In this document: in pieces, positions 1 to 13,100 of the stretch
How the letters are laid out: every line of letters starts with the position of its first letter
How positions within the stretch are numbered: the first letter of the stretch is position 1
NCBI GenBank assembly: GCA_038087875.1
Contig: CM075998.1
Coordinates: 374,001 to 434,000, forward strand
DNA length: 60,000 nucleotides
Source: Malacoraja senta
Taxonomy: Eukaryota
Reading direction: 5' to 3'
Program-made: the position numbers and the translations under genes
Notes under the pieces: model-generated
The model's database searches: none
Told to the model about the DNA's origin: nothing
The model's input: the letters and a program-made list of their open reading frames with translations, nothing else

Positions 1-497
1 AGAAGATCACGCATGATCACATTGAATGAGGGAGCAGGCAGGAGAGGCTGAACGGCCTCCTGCTATCTCTTGGGTTCTTGTGTTTAAGCAGGAGCATGGA
101 GGAACGTAGGTGGATTCCAGGGTGACACTGGTTAAACGATGATGCAGACTGTTTTTAAAGTAAGATAAGGATGTGTTAAAATGAATTGATAAAATGTGTT
201 AAAATGAATTGATAACTCTTTCCTGTTTCTTAATGTAGTTTGTAAAACAAAAAAATAGTTTCCTCTTGGATGAGCTGCAAGCATTACCAGTTTATCTGAA
301 AAATGCTTCCCGAGAAGTAGACTGTCCCATCATGCAGTCAGATCAGAAAAACACCTCAACCACCTGATGTTGACCCCAGCAGTTCCCGCCTAATTGCCTG
401 TATTTAGCTTTTTTTCTGAATGCATGAGGATGAGTGGGATGGCACAGCAGAAATGCAGCAATGCAGATGGTGCTCTGATCAGAGTGTAAGCTTATAG

Positions 498-800
498 TTT
501 TTTCAGTTTAGAGATACAGCGCGGAAACAGGCCCCTTCGACCCACCGAGTCTGCACCGACCAGCGATCCCTGCACACTAACACTACCCTACACACACTAG
601 GAACAATTTACATTTACACCTAGCCAGTTAACCTGCAAACCTGTACGTCTTTGGAGTGTGGGAGGAAACCGAAGTTCTCTGAGAAAACCCACGCGGTCAC
701 GGGGAGAACGTACAAACTCCGTACAGACAGCACCTTTAGTCAGGATTGGACCCGGATCTCTGCTGCTGTAAGGCAGCAACTCTACCGCTGCGCCACTGTG
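498..800 (-). mobile_element. tRNA-derived SINE (HE1/V-SINE-like)
   Basis: Reverse complement of GTGGCGCAGCGGTAGAGTTGCTGCC head, conserved body and CR1-like TCTCTAAACT tail; many copies in the window. Confidence 0.8.
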
Positions 801-1883
801 GGTCGAAGGCTAGAACGTCCTGGCAGCCTTTGATAGCTCACTGGCTGTCAATGAATTTAAATAGTTATTGAATAACTCTGCTCGATTTAAAAACTATTCA
901 CACAGATTTAAATAATTTTAAAATAACACAAAATAATTTAATAAAACATCAAAGTGAAAATAGCTCAAGCGCTCTCTTTTCTTCACAGTCAGTGACCCTC
1001 GGATCAAATGAATAAAGCCACTCTAGCAGATACAGTAGTGGCATTTAAGAGGCTTTTGGAACGGCACCCAGATGTGCAGGGATTATGTACGGGCAGATGA
1101 GACCAGTCTAACTTTGCATCATGTTTGACGAGACCATTGTGGAGTGAATGGTCCGTGCCTGTGCAGTTTTACATCTCGCCAAAGTTCAGTGTGCACATTG
1201 CGCCTTTTAACTTTAAACATTTAGCTTTGACAAGGTTGCTGCAATCATGAAATGACTTTTATAAGCACTAACGTTTGAGGGGATAGAATTCAGGATCTCT
1301 GTTTAGATGCTAAAAATGAAATTATATTCACCGAGGAAAATGTAACCCAACATATCATGTCTGAACTCGAAAAAGATTGTCGATACCTCTCTGGTATGCA
1401 GTACACAGTGAAGAACTAGTTTAGCAGATTTTCAGTAAAATCCAAAGAAGTAAATTTTGAACTACAGATGACAACCTGTGTAATGACCGTTTGGGTTACA
1501 GAAATTTGCCCTTACAGATTGCACTATTCACCACCCAAAAATTTGAGATGGGGAATAAAATTCACATGTGCCTAGGTACAGTAAAATTCTTATTTTGCTT
1601 ACAGGTCAGTAAAAATCTTACTATTCATGGCACAATTCTACTTTAATATAATTATGTCTCATTTGCATGTCACTCCTGTACTTGTCTAATGTGCATTCAG
1701 GTTATTCTGTATGTGGCAACTCTCTATGGTTGAGTTTTGTTGTCATGTGTACTGACGTAGTGAAAAGCTTTTGTGTGAAAAGCTCTTTCATTCTGTGCAC
1801 GTTGGTGCCAGCATATCCCCCTTTGTACGAGTACGGGGGGGGGGGGGTCAAACTGGAAAGGGTACAGAGAAGATTTATGAGGA

Positions 1884-2087
1884 GGTAGACAAAATTGCTG
1901 GAGAAACTCAGTGGGTGCGGCAGCATCTATGGAGCGAAGGAGATATGCAATGTTTCGGGTCAAAACCCTTCTTCAGACCTGAAGTTTGAGTCTGAAGAAG
2001 GGTTTCGGGCTGAAACATTGCCCATTTCCTTCGCTCCATAGATGCTGCTGCACCCGCTGAGTTTCTCCAGCATTTTTGTCTACCTTC
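1884..2087. mobile_element. Penelope-derived fold-back element (inverted terminal repeat pair)
   Basis: Two ~95-bp inverted arms centred on CTTCTTCAGAC...GTCTGAAGAAG. Confidence 0.7.
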
Positions 2088-4327
2088 AATGTCTTGGTGC
2101 TCATTGGTGAGTTCTGGCAAGGAGGCATTCTGCCAAATGTTGCTGATAGTCTGCATAGGATCCCATCGTGTCCTCCAACAAGGCATGCAAGATGATCCTT
2201 GGTCACCACCGACTGATACAGAGGATAGACATAAAATGCTGGAGTAACTCAGCGGGACATGCAGCATCTCTGGAGAGAAGGAATGGGTGACGTTTCAGGT
2301 TGGAGGGTCTCAACCCGAAAGTCACCCATTTCTTCTCTCCAGAAATGCTGCCTGGCCCACAGAGTTACTCCAGCATTTTGTGTCTATCTTCAGTGTAAAG
2401 CAGCATCTGCAGTTGCTTCCTACACTGACTGATACAGGTTTAATGTATGAAGTCCGAGGCAAGGCCCAACTGTGAGCGATCGCACAGACTGGATCTGCAG
2501 CCTCGGCCTGCTTAGGTAGGCCTCATTGACTTAATATTGAAGCAGGTGTTGCATTTGCTGTGAAAAACTCATTCTGCACAAATGGCCCACGTCATGGACA
2601 AGCAACTGAACGTCAGAGAGATGACAGTCAAACCTCTCTGGCTGTCTCCATGCTGCATGCACGGAGGGCCTGAAGCAATTTTCCGTTGACTGTCACGAAT
2701 GTACCGCGTACGTGATTGCTGTACAATAGAATTTCTAGAGCGATTTCTTGAAATAATTTTGGGAGAAAGTTCTTTCTGTTATTTTCAGAAAGTAATCTGC
2801 TCCAAATTATCCTAAAACAGTGACATTTCTTTCAGCAAAGCAGAGTTAATTTGATCTGATTTAACCCACTATACACAATTATGGGCCAGGTATCAGTTTC
2901 ATATGTTGTCACCAGCAGATCAGTCTTTACTTGATTTAAGTAAACAGGAACTATGATGGTTATCAGGCTGTGCACTTTCAAGAATTAAATTGATTTTGTA
3001 GACAACTTTATTCAGCTTGCCGTTGGGTTTTATTCAGAAAATATTCAATTGTACTTGGTGCCTGTGTGACGCAATTGTGACGTTCTTGAAAGTTTTGTAC
3101 ATTCAATGACTTGTAATTTGAATGTCATGAGTTGTACACAATATGCATTTCATGCTTTAAAACACTCATATCGATATAAAGAAATAAATAACATTCATGT
3201 ATTATGCTTGTCCTCAGAGCTGGTGAGGCTTTTCATGGCAAATGGGTCGAGTCACTTTTGTTTTACAGACCAGTGCAGCATCTAGTTTTCACACACTAAT
3301 GCCCTAAGGACAGGGTTAATCTGCTTTGAGAGTGTTAAATAAATGATAGAATAATTTTCTGCTCTCTTCTACAATGGCATGGGATATTTTTTATATCAAG
3401 GAGACAGTTATGTCAGCACAGTAGTTATGCCACTGGACTCTCTGAGCTATAGAACAAATTCTCTTGAGTTTTTAAAATGTATCATATGATTGAAATACAA
3501 CTCTAGGAAACACAAGAGTTTGCATATGCTGGAAGCAAGACAGTGCTGGGGGAACTCAGTGGGCCAGGCAGCATCTGTGGAGGGAATGGACAGATGACAT
3601 TTTGGATCGGGACCCTTCTGATGGGGTAGAGGGGAGAAAGCTGGTAACGAGAGGTGAGAGAAAGTGGTGGATGCAGGCGAAGGGGGGTTGATTGGCAGAT
3701 GGGTGGAGTAAGTTAGATAAGGAAGGGAGGAGAGAATTGTCAAGCTGGAGGAAGAGATAGTGGATGGAAGGGAACGGGGGAGAGGGAGAGGGAAATGCCT
3801 CAGTGAATTTGTAATAGTAAGGTCCTCAACATCACATATCCTCAAAACAAATACATGTGACATACTATTGAGCCATCCTCTCGTCAGTATTTAGCAATTT
3901 GTATGTGTTATTTATCTTGAATCTTTGCCATGTGTGTGCAAATGTACCACGCTCTTGGGATCTCACTTCCTCTTTAAAAAAAATCAGAAGTTTGCTGAAT
4001 TTCCCCATTTCAGTCAATGTTCGCTACTACTTACTGGGTCATTAAAAGTAATGCTGAAATTTGCTCTTGATTGGCTCCAATATTGTGGATAATATTGTCA
4101 CAAAAACACTGCCTTTTGAGATCACTGGTTTTTTGTAAATAAACACCATGGTTAGTTAGTTTCAAATCAACCGAGATTTCTTTGCCTCCTGCACACCCGT
4201 GCGTTTGAAGGCAGTGGAGAATAAAATTAGACGATGAATGATGGGGGGTCTGGCGTGAAACTCTTTACTTCCTACCTGATAAATTTGGTTAAAATCTGAT
4301 TGTCTCAACAAAATGGTCTGAAGAAGG

Positions 4328-4687
4328 TCTTGGACATTCTAGAGGCAGGAAACATGTTCCCGATGTTGGGGGAGTCCAGAACCAGGGGCCACACACAGTT
4401 TAAGAATAAGGAGTAAGCCATTTAGAACGGAGACGAGGAAACACTTTTTCTCACAGAGAGTTGTGAGTCTGTGGAATTCTCTGCCTCAGAGGGCGGTGGA
4501 GGCCGGTTCTCTGGATGCTTTCAAGAGAGAGCTAGATAGGGCTCTTAAAGATAGCGGAGTCAGGGGATATGGGGAGAAGGCAGGAACGGGGTACTGATTG
4601 GGGATGATCAGCCATGATCACATTGAATGGCGGTGCTGGCTCGAAGGGCCGAATGGCCTACTCCTGCACCTATTGTCTATTGTCTAT
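4328..4687 (+). mobile_element. CR1 LINE 3' fragment
   Basis: ESRTRGH...[20 protein letters not shown]...FKRELD C-terminus plus (ATTGTCT)n tail. Confidence 0.85.
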
Positions 4688-5182
4688 TTCCTTCGCTCCA
4701 TAGATGTTGCCTCACCCGCTGAGTTTCTCCAGCATTTTTGTCTACCTTTGATTTTCCAGCATCTGCGGTTCCTTCTTAAACAGTGTCTCAACAAATATTC
4801 AGTTTTGAAAGTACATCAGATGTTAACATACTTGTGTATGTACTATGAGCGGAAATTGAGAAGTAGTTGTGGGAGCTTTAATATTGCATCCTTATGCCTC
4901 CACATATAGAAGTCCATGTGCATTTTATACATACCAATCTCGCTTGTTCTGCTGCAGCATACATAAACATACTAATCCACTGAACACCATTTACTGAAAT
5001 GTGCTGTCTTTGCGAAATCTGAAATACAAACAGGACTTATCCAACAGGTTAGATAGCTTCAATGGAGCGAGAAACCGATGATGCCACAGATGCTGCGTGA
5101 CCCACTGAGTATTTCCAGCAGTTTCTGTTCTTGTGACCTAATAGTTGACCCGTTTAATGTGAAACTTTAACACTTCACTGTG

Positions 5183-5492
5183 GGCGGCAGGGTGGCGCAG
5201 CGGTAGAGTTGCTGCCTTACAGCGCTTGCAGTGCCGGAGACACGGGTTCAATCCCAACTACGCACGGGTGCTGTCTGTACAGAGTTTGTACATTTTCCCC
5301 GTGACCGCGTGGGTTCGGTTTCCTCCCACACTCCAAAGACGCACAGGTTTGTAGGTTCATTGGTTTGAATTGATATAAGTGTAAATTGTCCCTAGTGTGT
5401 GTAGGATGGTGTAAATGTGCGGGGGGGGGGGGTCGCTGGTCGGTGGGGACTCGTTGGACCGAAGGGCCTGTTTCCGCACTGTATCACTAAAC
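5183..5492 (+). mobile_element. tRNA-derived SINE (HE1/V-SINE-like)
   Basis: A box GGTGGCGCAGCGG, B box GGTTCAATCCC, shared body and tail. Confidence 0.82.
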
Positions 5493-5983
5493 CTTTAGGT
5501 GCAGCTTTCTTGTACATTTAATCTTTGTCAGAAAATATTGAATAAGACACTCGCCATTAACCTCATTGTGAGTATTAGATATATCCTATTGATTCTTGCA
5601 TTGTGATTATAGATTATGATGTCAACTACTTGAACTTTGTGGTTTCCACCTACACCCTGGTAAAAGTACTGGAAATAATCCAAGGATCCATCAGATCAGT
5701 TTGGGTTTACTTTTTTTTGGTAATCATTTTGTTCATTGGGATCCAATATAGCAGTTCTTTCCTCTCACCTGAAGTGTTTGGCCCTTGGTAGAGTATAGCC
5801 TGGTGACTTTTTGTGAAATTTGATAAGCAGCCTGATCAACATAAACAGCAAACAAATATTCCAGTAGAGCAGAAGCAAGGAACTACAGATGCTGGTTTAC
5901 ACAAAGGGACACAAAGTGCTGGAGTAACTCAGCGGGTCAGGCAACATCACTAGAGAACATGGGAGAAGAAGGGTCCCGGCCTG

Positions 5984-6641
5984 AAATGTCACCTATCCAT
6001 GTTCTCCACAGATGCTGCCTGACCCGCTGAGTTACTCCAGCACTCTGTGAAACGTCACCTATCCATGTTCTCCACAGATGCTGCCTGACCCGCTGAGTTA
6101 CTCCAGCACTCTGTGAAACGTCACCTATCCATGTTCTCCAGAGATGCTGCCTGACCCGCTGAGTTACTCCAGCACTCTGTGAAACGTCACCTATCCACGT
6201 CCTCCACAGATGCTGCCTGACCCGCTGAGTTACTCCAGCACTCTGTGAAACGTCACCTATCCATGTTCTCCACAGATGCTGCCTGACCCGCTGAGTTACT
6301 CCAGCACTCTGTGAAACGTCACCTATCCATGTTCTCCACAGATGCTGCCTGACCCGCTGAGTTACTCCAGCACTCTGTGAAACGTCACCTATCCATGTTC
6401 CCCACAGATGCTGCCTGACCCGCTGAGTTACTCCAGCACTCTGTGAAACGTCACCCATCCATGTTCTCCACCGATGCTGCCTGACCCGCTGAGTTATTCC
6501 AGCACTCTGTGAAACGTCACCCATCCATGTTCTCCACAGATGCTGCCTGACCCGCTGAGTTACTCCAGCACTCTGTGAAACGTCACCCATCCATGTTCTC
6601 CACAGATGCTGCCTGACCCGCTGAGTTACTCCAGCACTCTC
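5984..6641. repeat. 66-bp minisatellite, ~10 copies, derived from the Penelope-like terminal repeat
   Basis: Unit GTTCTCCACAGATGCTGCCTGACCCGCTGAGTTACTCCAGCACTCTGTGAAACGTCACCTATCCAT. Confidence 0.95.
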
Positions 6642-6976
6642 TGTCCACAAATTATTCCAGTCCTGTTCTTTCTCAGTCTCCATGTAGGCATGACACCAGC
6701 AGGCTTATTGGAAAATTTATATTAACCATTGCAAATGTTTTTCTCTTTTTAATGAAAGGGTACTGAGGCCAATTCTAGTTACAATCTGCACATTCTGCAA
6801 GGCTTGGGGATCAATCCTGGATTGTGACTCATTCACACAGCGTACAAAATCATGAATTGATTGGTAAATTCAGTTATTGATAACAATCGTATGTGTTGTG
6901 AGCATATTACTCAAGTGTAAATGTAAAATAAAATATTTAACATGCATTATTTGTTTCAGGTACTCGAAAATAAAGA

Positions 6977-7101
6977 ATGGCTTTCTGGGGTGAGATAATG
7001 AAACAACAGCAGTTCCTTCCTCAGTTGCAGGAGTTGTATGGAAAACATTTCCCCATTGAAGTCAGGCACTATCTCGCTGAATGGATAGAGAAACAACCAT
7101 G
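6977..7101 (+). CDS. STAT6: STAT6 coding exon 1 ([42 protein letters not shown])
   Basis: Acceptor tttcag at 6959 implies an upstream UTR exon (not located); ATG 6977; donor gtcagt; STAT N-domain motif. Confidence 0.92.
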
Positions 7102-10100
7102 GTCAGTCTAGGCTCACTTGCCATTTTTGTATTTCTAGCTTTATCTGGAGTAATTCCTCCCAAGTTTCCAGCATTTATATCTTCTCCCTTATTTATACAC
7201 TGGTAGTTTGTGCCCAGATCTCTTGTTGGGTTGTTTACTCGAATACACTAAATCACAGCTTTCGAATAACCGCTTGTATTCTGGGATTTCTGAAGTGGTT
7301 TAATTGCTGTTCTGAATGGGTGATTGAATACTGTATGAATAGTTGCAGATGGATAAATAGATATGCACATTTCCTAATCTAAGAGACTATCTGCTTAATA
7401 CGCCCATTTTGAAATAAAACTCTCCTCCCCTGATGATTAGTAGCAGCCGCTTAGATGATTCAGCTAAGCTGATGAAATAGTAGTTTTGATCTTTTTCTTT
7501 TGGGCTTGGCAAACCTCAAGAATTTTCCAATGCATAAGATGATTTGTTCAAGTCATTTGAGGAAACTGAGATTGCATATATGAATAAACAGATTGGGTAA
7601 AATGTGTACGATAAGATGATGAATATGTACAAACACAAGCATACTCAGAATTACTTAGAATTTCAGGGCCACCTCTTTGTGTCTGCTTTATTATTAAGAT
7701 GAGGGATAGGGTCTGAAGAAGGGTGTCGACCTGAAACGTCACCCATTCCTTCTCTCCAGAGATGCTGCCTGTCCCACTGAGTTACTCCAGCTGTTTGTGT
7801 CTATAGAGGGATAATCAGGATTGTGGAGGGAATTTTTCATTCCGCAACTCTATTCGCTTTAAGTTCCCACAACAAATGTTTTTTCTCCCAAAAATAAACT
7901 TTATTCAGAATACAAAAAACCCCAAGAACAGTGCAACAGTTCAGATAATAAACCCCAAGAACAGTGCAACAGTTCAGATAATAAACCCCAAGAACAGTGC
8001 AACAACTCTTCCGACATTCTCAGTGTTTAAACATTCATTTGTGTTCATATTCAGTAGTGTTTGCAAACTATCCTTACCACAAGCACCTTTGCCACACTGT
8101 GCCCCCCTGGGTTGATATCCCTTCCCTTGTTTGAGGGGTGTCTCCACCACACCTTGACCCCACCCCCACACCCCCAAAGGGTCTCGACACGAAACGTCAC
8201 CCATTGCTTCTCTCCAGAGATGCCGCCGGTCCCGCTGAGTTACTCCAGCTTTGTGTCCATCTTCAAATTACGTCACGCGCTCCAGACGGCTGTGCGGACG
8301 CATGTAATCGCGCCCGACCTTCGCGGGACCGTCTCAGCTCAACGCGACCACGAGGTCGCGTAATTTGCGTGCCAAGGACATGTAAGTGGGACGGGCCCTT
8401 AAGACTCCCTGTGAAGCCAAAGGTGCAAGGAAGGGGATGCGTGTATGTGGCAAATGTTTCATTTTGTCTCTTTTATTTTAGGAGCTCCATTAACATAAAC
8501 CCTACCCATGAAAACCTTGCTCGAAATCTATTGGACACAATGATATCTGAATTACAGAAAGTGTCAACTCGAATGTCCTATCCAGCCAATTGCCAGCTGA
8601 ATGAATATGCTGCTCTCCTAAAGGTATGATGCAGGCTACAAATAGAAGGATGCTTGCTTGATCTATATGTGAACATCATTGACAAGTAATGGATTGATGC
8701 CAATACTGGTACATAAGGTCATAAGATCATAAGGAATAGGAGCAGAATTAGGCCATTCGGCCCATCTAGTCTACTCCGCCATTCAATCATGGCTGATCTA
8801 TCTCTCCCTCCTCGCCCCATTCTCCTGCCTTCTCCCCATAACCTCTGACACTTGTTACTTAATTACCAAGCTGCTTAGAGGAGCCTTTTTGTAAGGTTGC
8901 ATAGGTACCGCATATTTGGCTTTCTGCATTCCCACGAGGAAGCATGGGCAGAGAATGTTCTCCATAGCGGAATGTGTGCAGTGCTTAGGTTGGCAGCTCA
9001 ATATGGATCTTTGCTTTACCACTTTATATCACTACCCAATGGTTGCTGGTTACTTTTGGCCAAGATATTAACAATAACTAATCGTTGCTAATTATCATCT
9101 GGTAGATTTGAATCCTCAAAATGTGTTTAGAGTCTTGGAGTCGTACTGCACGGAAACAGCCCCTTTGCCCCACTGAGTCTGTGCTAGCCATGCATTAGAA
9201 TTGTGCCAACCAACCACACAACCATGCATCCTACCACAACCAGAGAGCAGTGTTGAACTATTATCCACCTCTTTGGTGACCCTCGGACTATCCTTGATCA
9301 GACTTTGCTGGCTTTACCTTGCACTAAATATTATTCCCTTATCATGTATCTATACACTGTTTCGTGGCTCGATTGTAATCATGTATTGTCTTTCTGCTGA
9401 CTGGTTAGCATGCAACAAAAGCTTTTCACTGTACCTCGGTACATGTGACAATAAACTAAACTGATACAGGTTTGTAGGTTAATTGACTCGGTGTAAATGT
9501 AAATTGTCCCTAGTGTGTGTAAGATAGTATTAGTGTGCGGTGATCGCTGGTTGGCATGGACTCGGTGGGCCAAAGGGCCTGTTTCCGCTCTGTATCTCTA
9601 AACTAAACTACAAGGTTCTATTTCAAGATAGATTGGATATTCTAATGTCATGCGCTGACAGCATTTACCTGCAGAACAATTATGCCTTGGTGATCCCAGA
9701 TTTCACCACTCTTGAATGCTACTTAATCTGAATATTGCACTTGACCTTGGCTCCCAATGTGTAAGGTCAAGGGGGAGTTGTCTGTCGAAAATATTTTCTG
9801 GTTTCCACATGAAAGCCACTGTGCATTGAGAACAGATGACTGCAGCCACCTTATACCGAGGAATCCAAAATCCTGGTATCTTTCATTTTGTTCTGATGTT
9901 TATCAACTACTTGTATCGCCTGCATTTGTTTGCTAGAAATAGCCCTAAAGTAATATTTTAATGACTTGTGTTACAGACCATGTTTGATCAGCAACCTTTA
10001 GAACTGGTGAATACTATGAACTGTCTCTTGATGCGAGAAAACCAGTTATTTCAGGAGCTTCAGCAGACCAGTGTAAGTATTGGACTGTTTATGAGTCTGC

Positions 10101-13100
10101 AGGCCAAATTTAGTTTTTTAACAAGTCTTGGATTGACCCGTTGAAGGGTCTTGAGATCCTGCTGCACACATGGCCCAGTCATGGTGTGTATAGAATACCT
10201 CCTTCCTGCCCAATCTCCCCAGTGAACAAGCAAAAGGTTGAAGATAGACACAAAATGCTGGAGTAACTCAGTGGGTCAGACAGCATCTCTGGAGAAAAGG
10301 AACAGGTGATGTTTTGGGTCGAGACCCTTCTTCAGACGTCACCAATTCCTTTTCTCCAGAGATGCTATCAGACCCGCTGAGTTACTCCAGCTTTTTGTGT
10401 CTATCTTTGGTTTAAACCAGCACCTGCAGTTCCTTCCTAAACAAAAGGTTGATTCTTGTCCAGGAGACAGGCATCGGAGAGCAAAAGAACTGCCTATTTT
10501 ATTGATCTTAACCCATCAGTTTAGATGAATTTGCAGAGGCATTTGTAGCAGTCCACCAAGAGTTTTCTGTGAATTAATTTGCACCAAACTAGGGACAAAC
10601 AATTTTGTTTAGCTTAGCTTAGAAAAATGCAGCATGGAAACAGGCCCTTCGGCCCACCGAGTCCATGTCGACCATTGATCACCCTTTCATACTAGTTGTA
10701 TGTTATAGTATTCTCACATCATACACACCAGGGGTAATTTACACAAACCAATTAACCTACAAACCTGGACTTTTTTGGAATGTGGGAAGAAACCGGAGCA
10801 CCCAGAGAAAACCCACACGGTCACAGGGAGAACATGCAAACACCACACAGACTACACCCAAGGTCAGGATTGAACCCGGCGCTGTGAGGCAGCGGCTCTA
10901 GTGCACCTCTGTGCTGCCCTTAATGCTCTTATTGTCGATGCTTTATATTGTGACAGGACGTGCTGGAGTGGCGTACCGGCACCACTTTAAAACGTTTTAA
11001 AGGTCGATTTTCACATTTTTATAATTTTTAATATTGTTAAAATATTACCAAAGTTTAAAAAATAATATTTATGAATTAGATAAGGCAGTCAGGCCCTTAA
11101 ACGGCTTCAACAGCTTTTCAGGTGGCCATCTACCATAGACACTAACAGCAAGGTTTGCGTAGGTATCTTTTTTATCTGCTTGTAAAAGTAGTACATTTTA
11201 TGATGCCACTCAAAGTACACCTGTCAAAACTCACACTAGATTCAGACATTTAGATTTTAACTTTTAATGAAGACCACAAAAGCATTCATCAAACTATTTC
11301 AAACTTTCTATGTCACATTGAAGATACAGCAAAACTCCCATAATTGGCCAGATCCCATATCCAACGATTCTGAAGTCCCAATCGTTCAGCATTTGGCTCA
11401 TGAGGTGTTGGTTCCTGCACTCCCTTTAACACCACTGGAGTCAGCTTTGCTTCTCTTCCCCCATGCTGCCTGGCTTGCTGAGTATATCCAGCGTAGACAA
11501 AAGTGCTGGAGAAACTCAGCGGGTGCAGCAGCATCTATGGAGCGAAGGAGATAGGCAACGTTTCAAGTATATCCAGCAGTGTCTGCTTTTCTTTTAGAAT
11601 TCCTGAAGGCAGTTTTTTTTGCTTTTCAAATAAGATACTTTTGTAAAATAGAATAGATATATATTGATGGATCAAATTTACAAATGGGTGTGTATTTACC
11701 AAGTAAATGTTATTTTATTTGTGGAGGGCATATATATTGTACAAACTTCAAAGAAAGTATATTGCATATATTCTCCCGTGCTTTGCTCTAGGTGACTGTT
11801 GGGCTCTCTAACCCCGTACCAGCCCAAATGTTTGTAACCACCAACAGTGAGAGGTTGAAGCAAGAAGATGCAAATGTGTTACAGCAGTTAACTCAACTGA
11901 ACAACAAGATCAAGACCATTCAGATGTACCACAGTGCTTTTCAACAAATCAACGAGGCTCTTGAACGCGAGCAGCAACAACTGGCGCAGTGTTACCAGTG
12001 TGAGTACGAAGCAAATGTCAAAGTTGAACGTTCAAAATGCTGATGTATTTTATGTTCTACTTGCACAGAAGGACATTTGATCCGTTGTGTCCATGGCGGT
12101 TCAGAGGAGAGCAATTCTCCCTCCTTATGTCTCTGTATCCCTGCAATTTATTCTCCTTCATATGTGGCCATCAATTTGCTTTTGATTCTTTTCACCAGTA
12201 ATTTATACAAAGAGGTAAATTACAGAAACCAGTTAATCAATCAGCACGTCTTGGGATGTGGGAGGACTGATGAGGACACACAAAAACGAAGATGTTGCAG
12301 ACTACACAACAGTACCTGGGATCAGGATCAAACTGTCCATGGAGGCAGGAGGCAAATACAACATCGATTTGGAAACTCATTACCGTATTTCATATCCGGA
12401 CAATTTCTCAATCTTTATACTTGATTATTATATATAATGTCTCCATTAAATAATAAGTTTACTTAAGACATCTTGCATTTCCATTAGAATTTCAGGTAAA
12501 CACACACAATTCTGGAAATACACAGTAGATCTGACAGCGATAGCATTCCCATCACAAGGTTATTTAGGATGAGACAAAATATTTAGTGCATCATATTTAT
12601 TCCGCACAGAAAGTTTGCATTCCCGCATCCAAGATTCCCGCATCCAAGATATGGGGAGAAGGCAGGAACGGGGTACTGATTGGGGATGATCAGCCATGAT
12701 CACATTGAATGGCGGTGTTGGCTCGAATGGCCTACTCCTGCACGTATTGTCTATTTTCTCGAGGTTCCATGAGATTTGCTTCCATCATTTGCTTGTATTG
12801 CATTGGCACGTGGCATGGAGGTGGGCTATACACACTTGTTAAATCCTCATAAGAGCCACGTTAAAGGGGCAACTGTGAAACCAAGCCTGTGCTGTTTCCT
12901 AGCAGAGATGAAAGTGCTGGGGGCAGAGCTTGGGCTGAAGGTTTACTGCTGGCTGGCTCCAGAGAGACGGAGCATTCTCCCTTGGGTTAGGAGAACAAAC
13001 AATTGTTTGTGTGCTTAGCAAAGTCTTCCTAGATCTGAGGTTCATTGCGCAACTGTTTTTATTTTAGCTCAGCAGCACCTGCAGCAAGCAAATAGCCCAC

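Noticed and set aside
307..316. STAT6-type N4 site TTCCCGAGAA as an autoregulatory element
   Set aside because: A single site with six fixed bases is expected by chance; the STAT6 transcription start was not located
5937..6683. 248-aa minus-strand ORF, or a CRISPR-like array
   Set aside because: By-product of a 66-bp tandem repeat with no unique spacers; eukaryotic context, no cas genes
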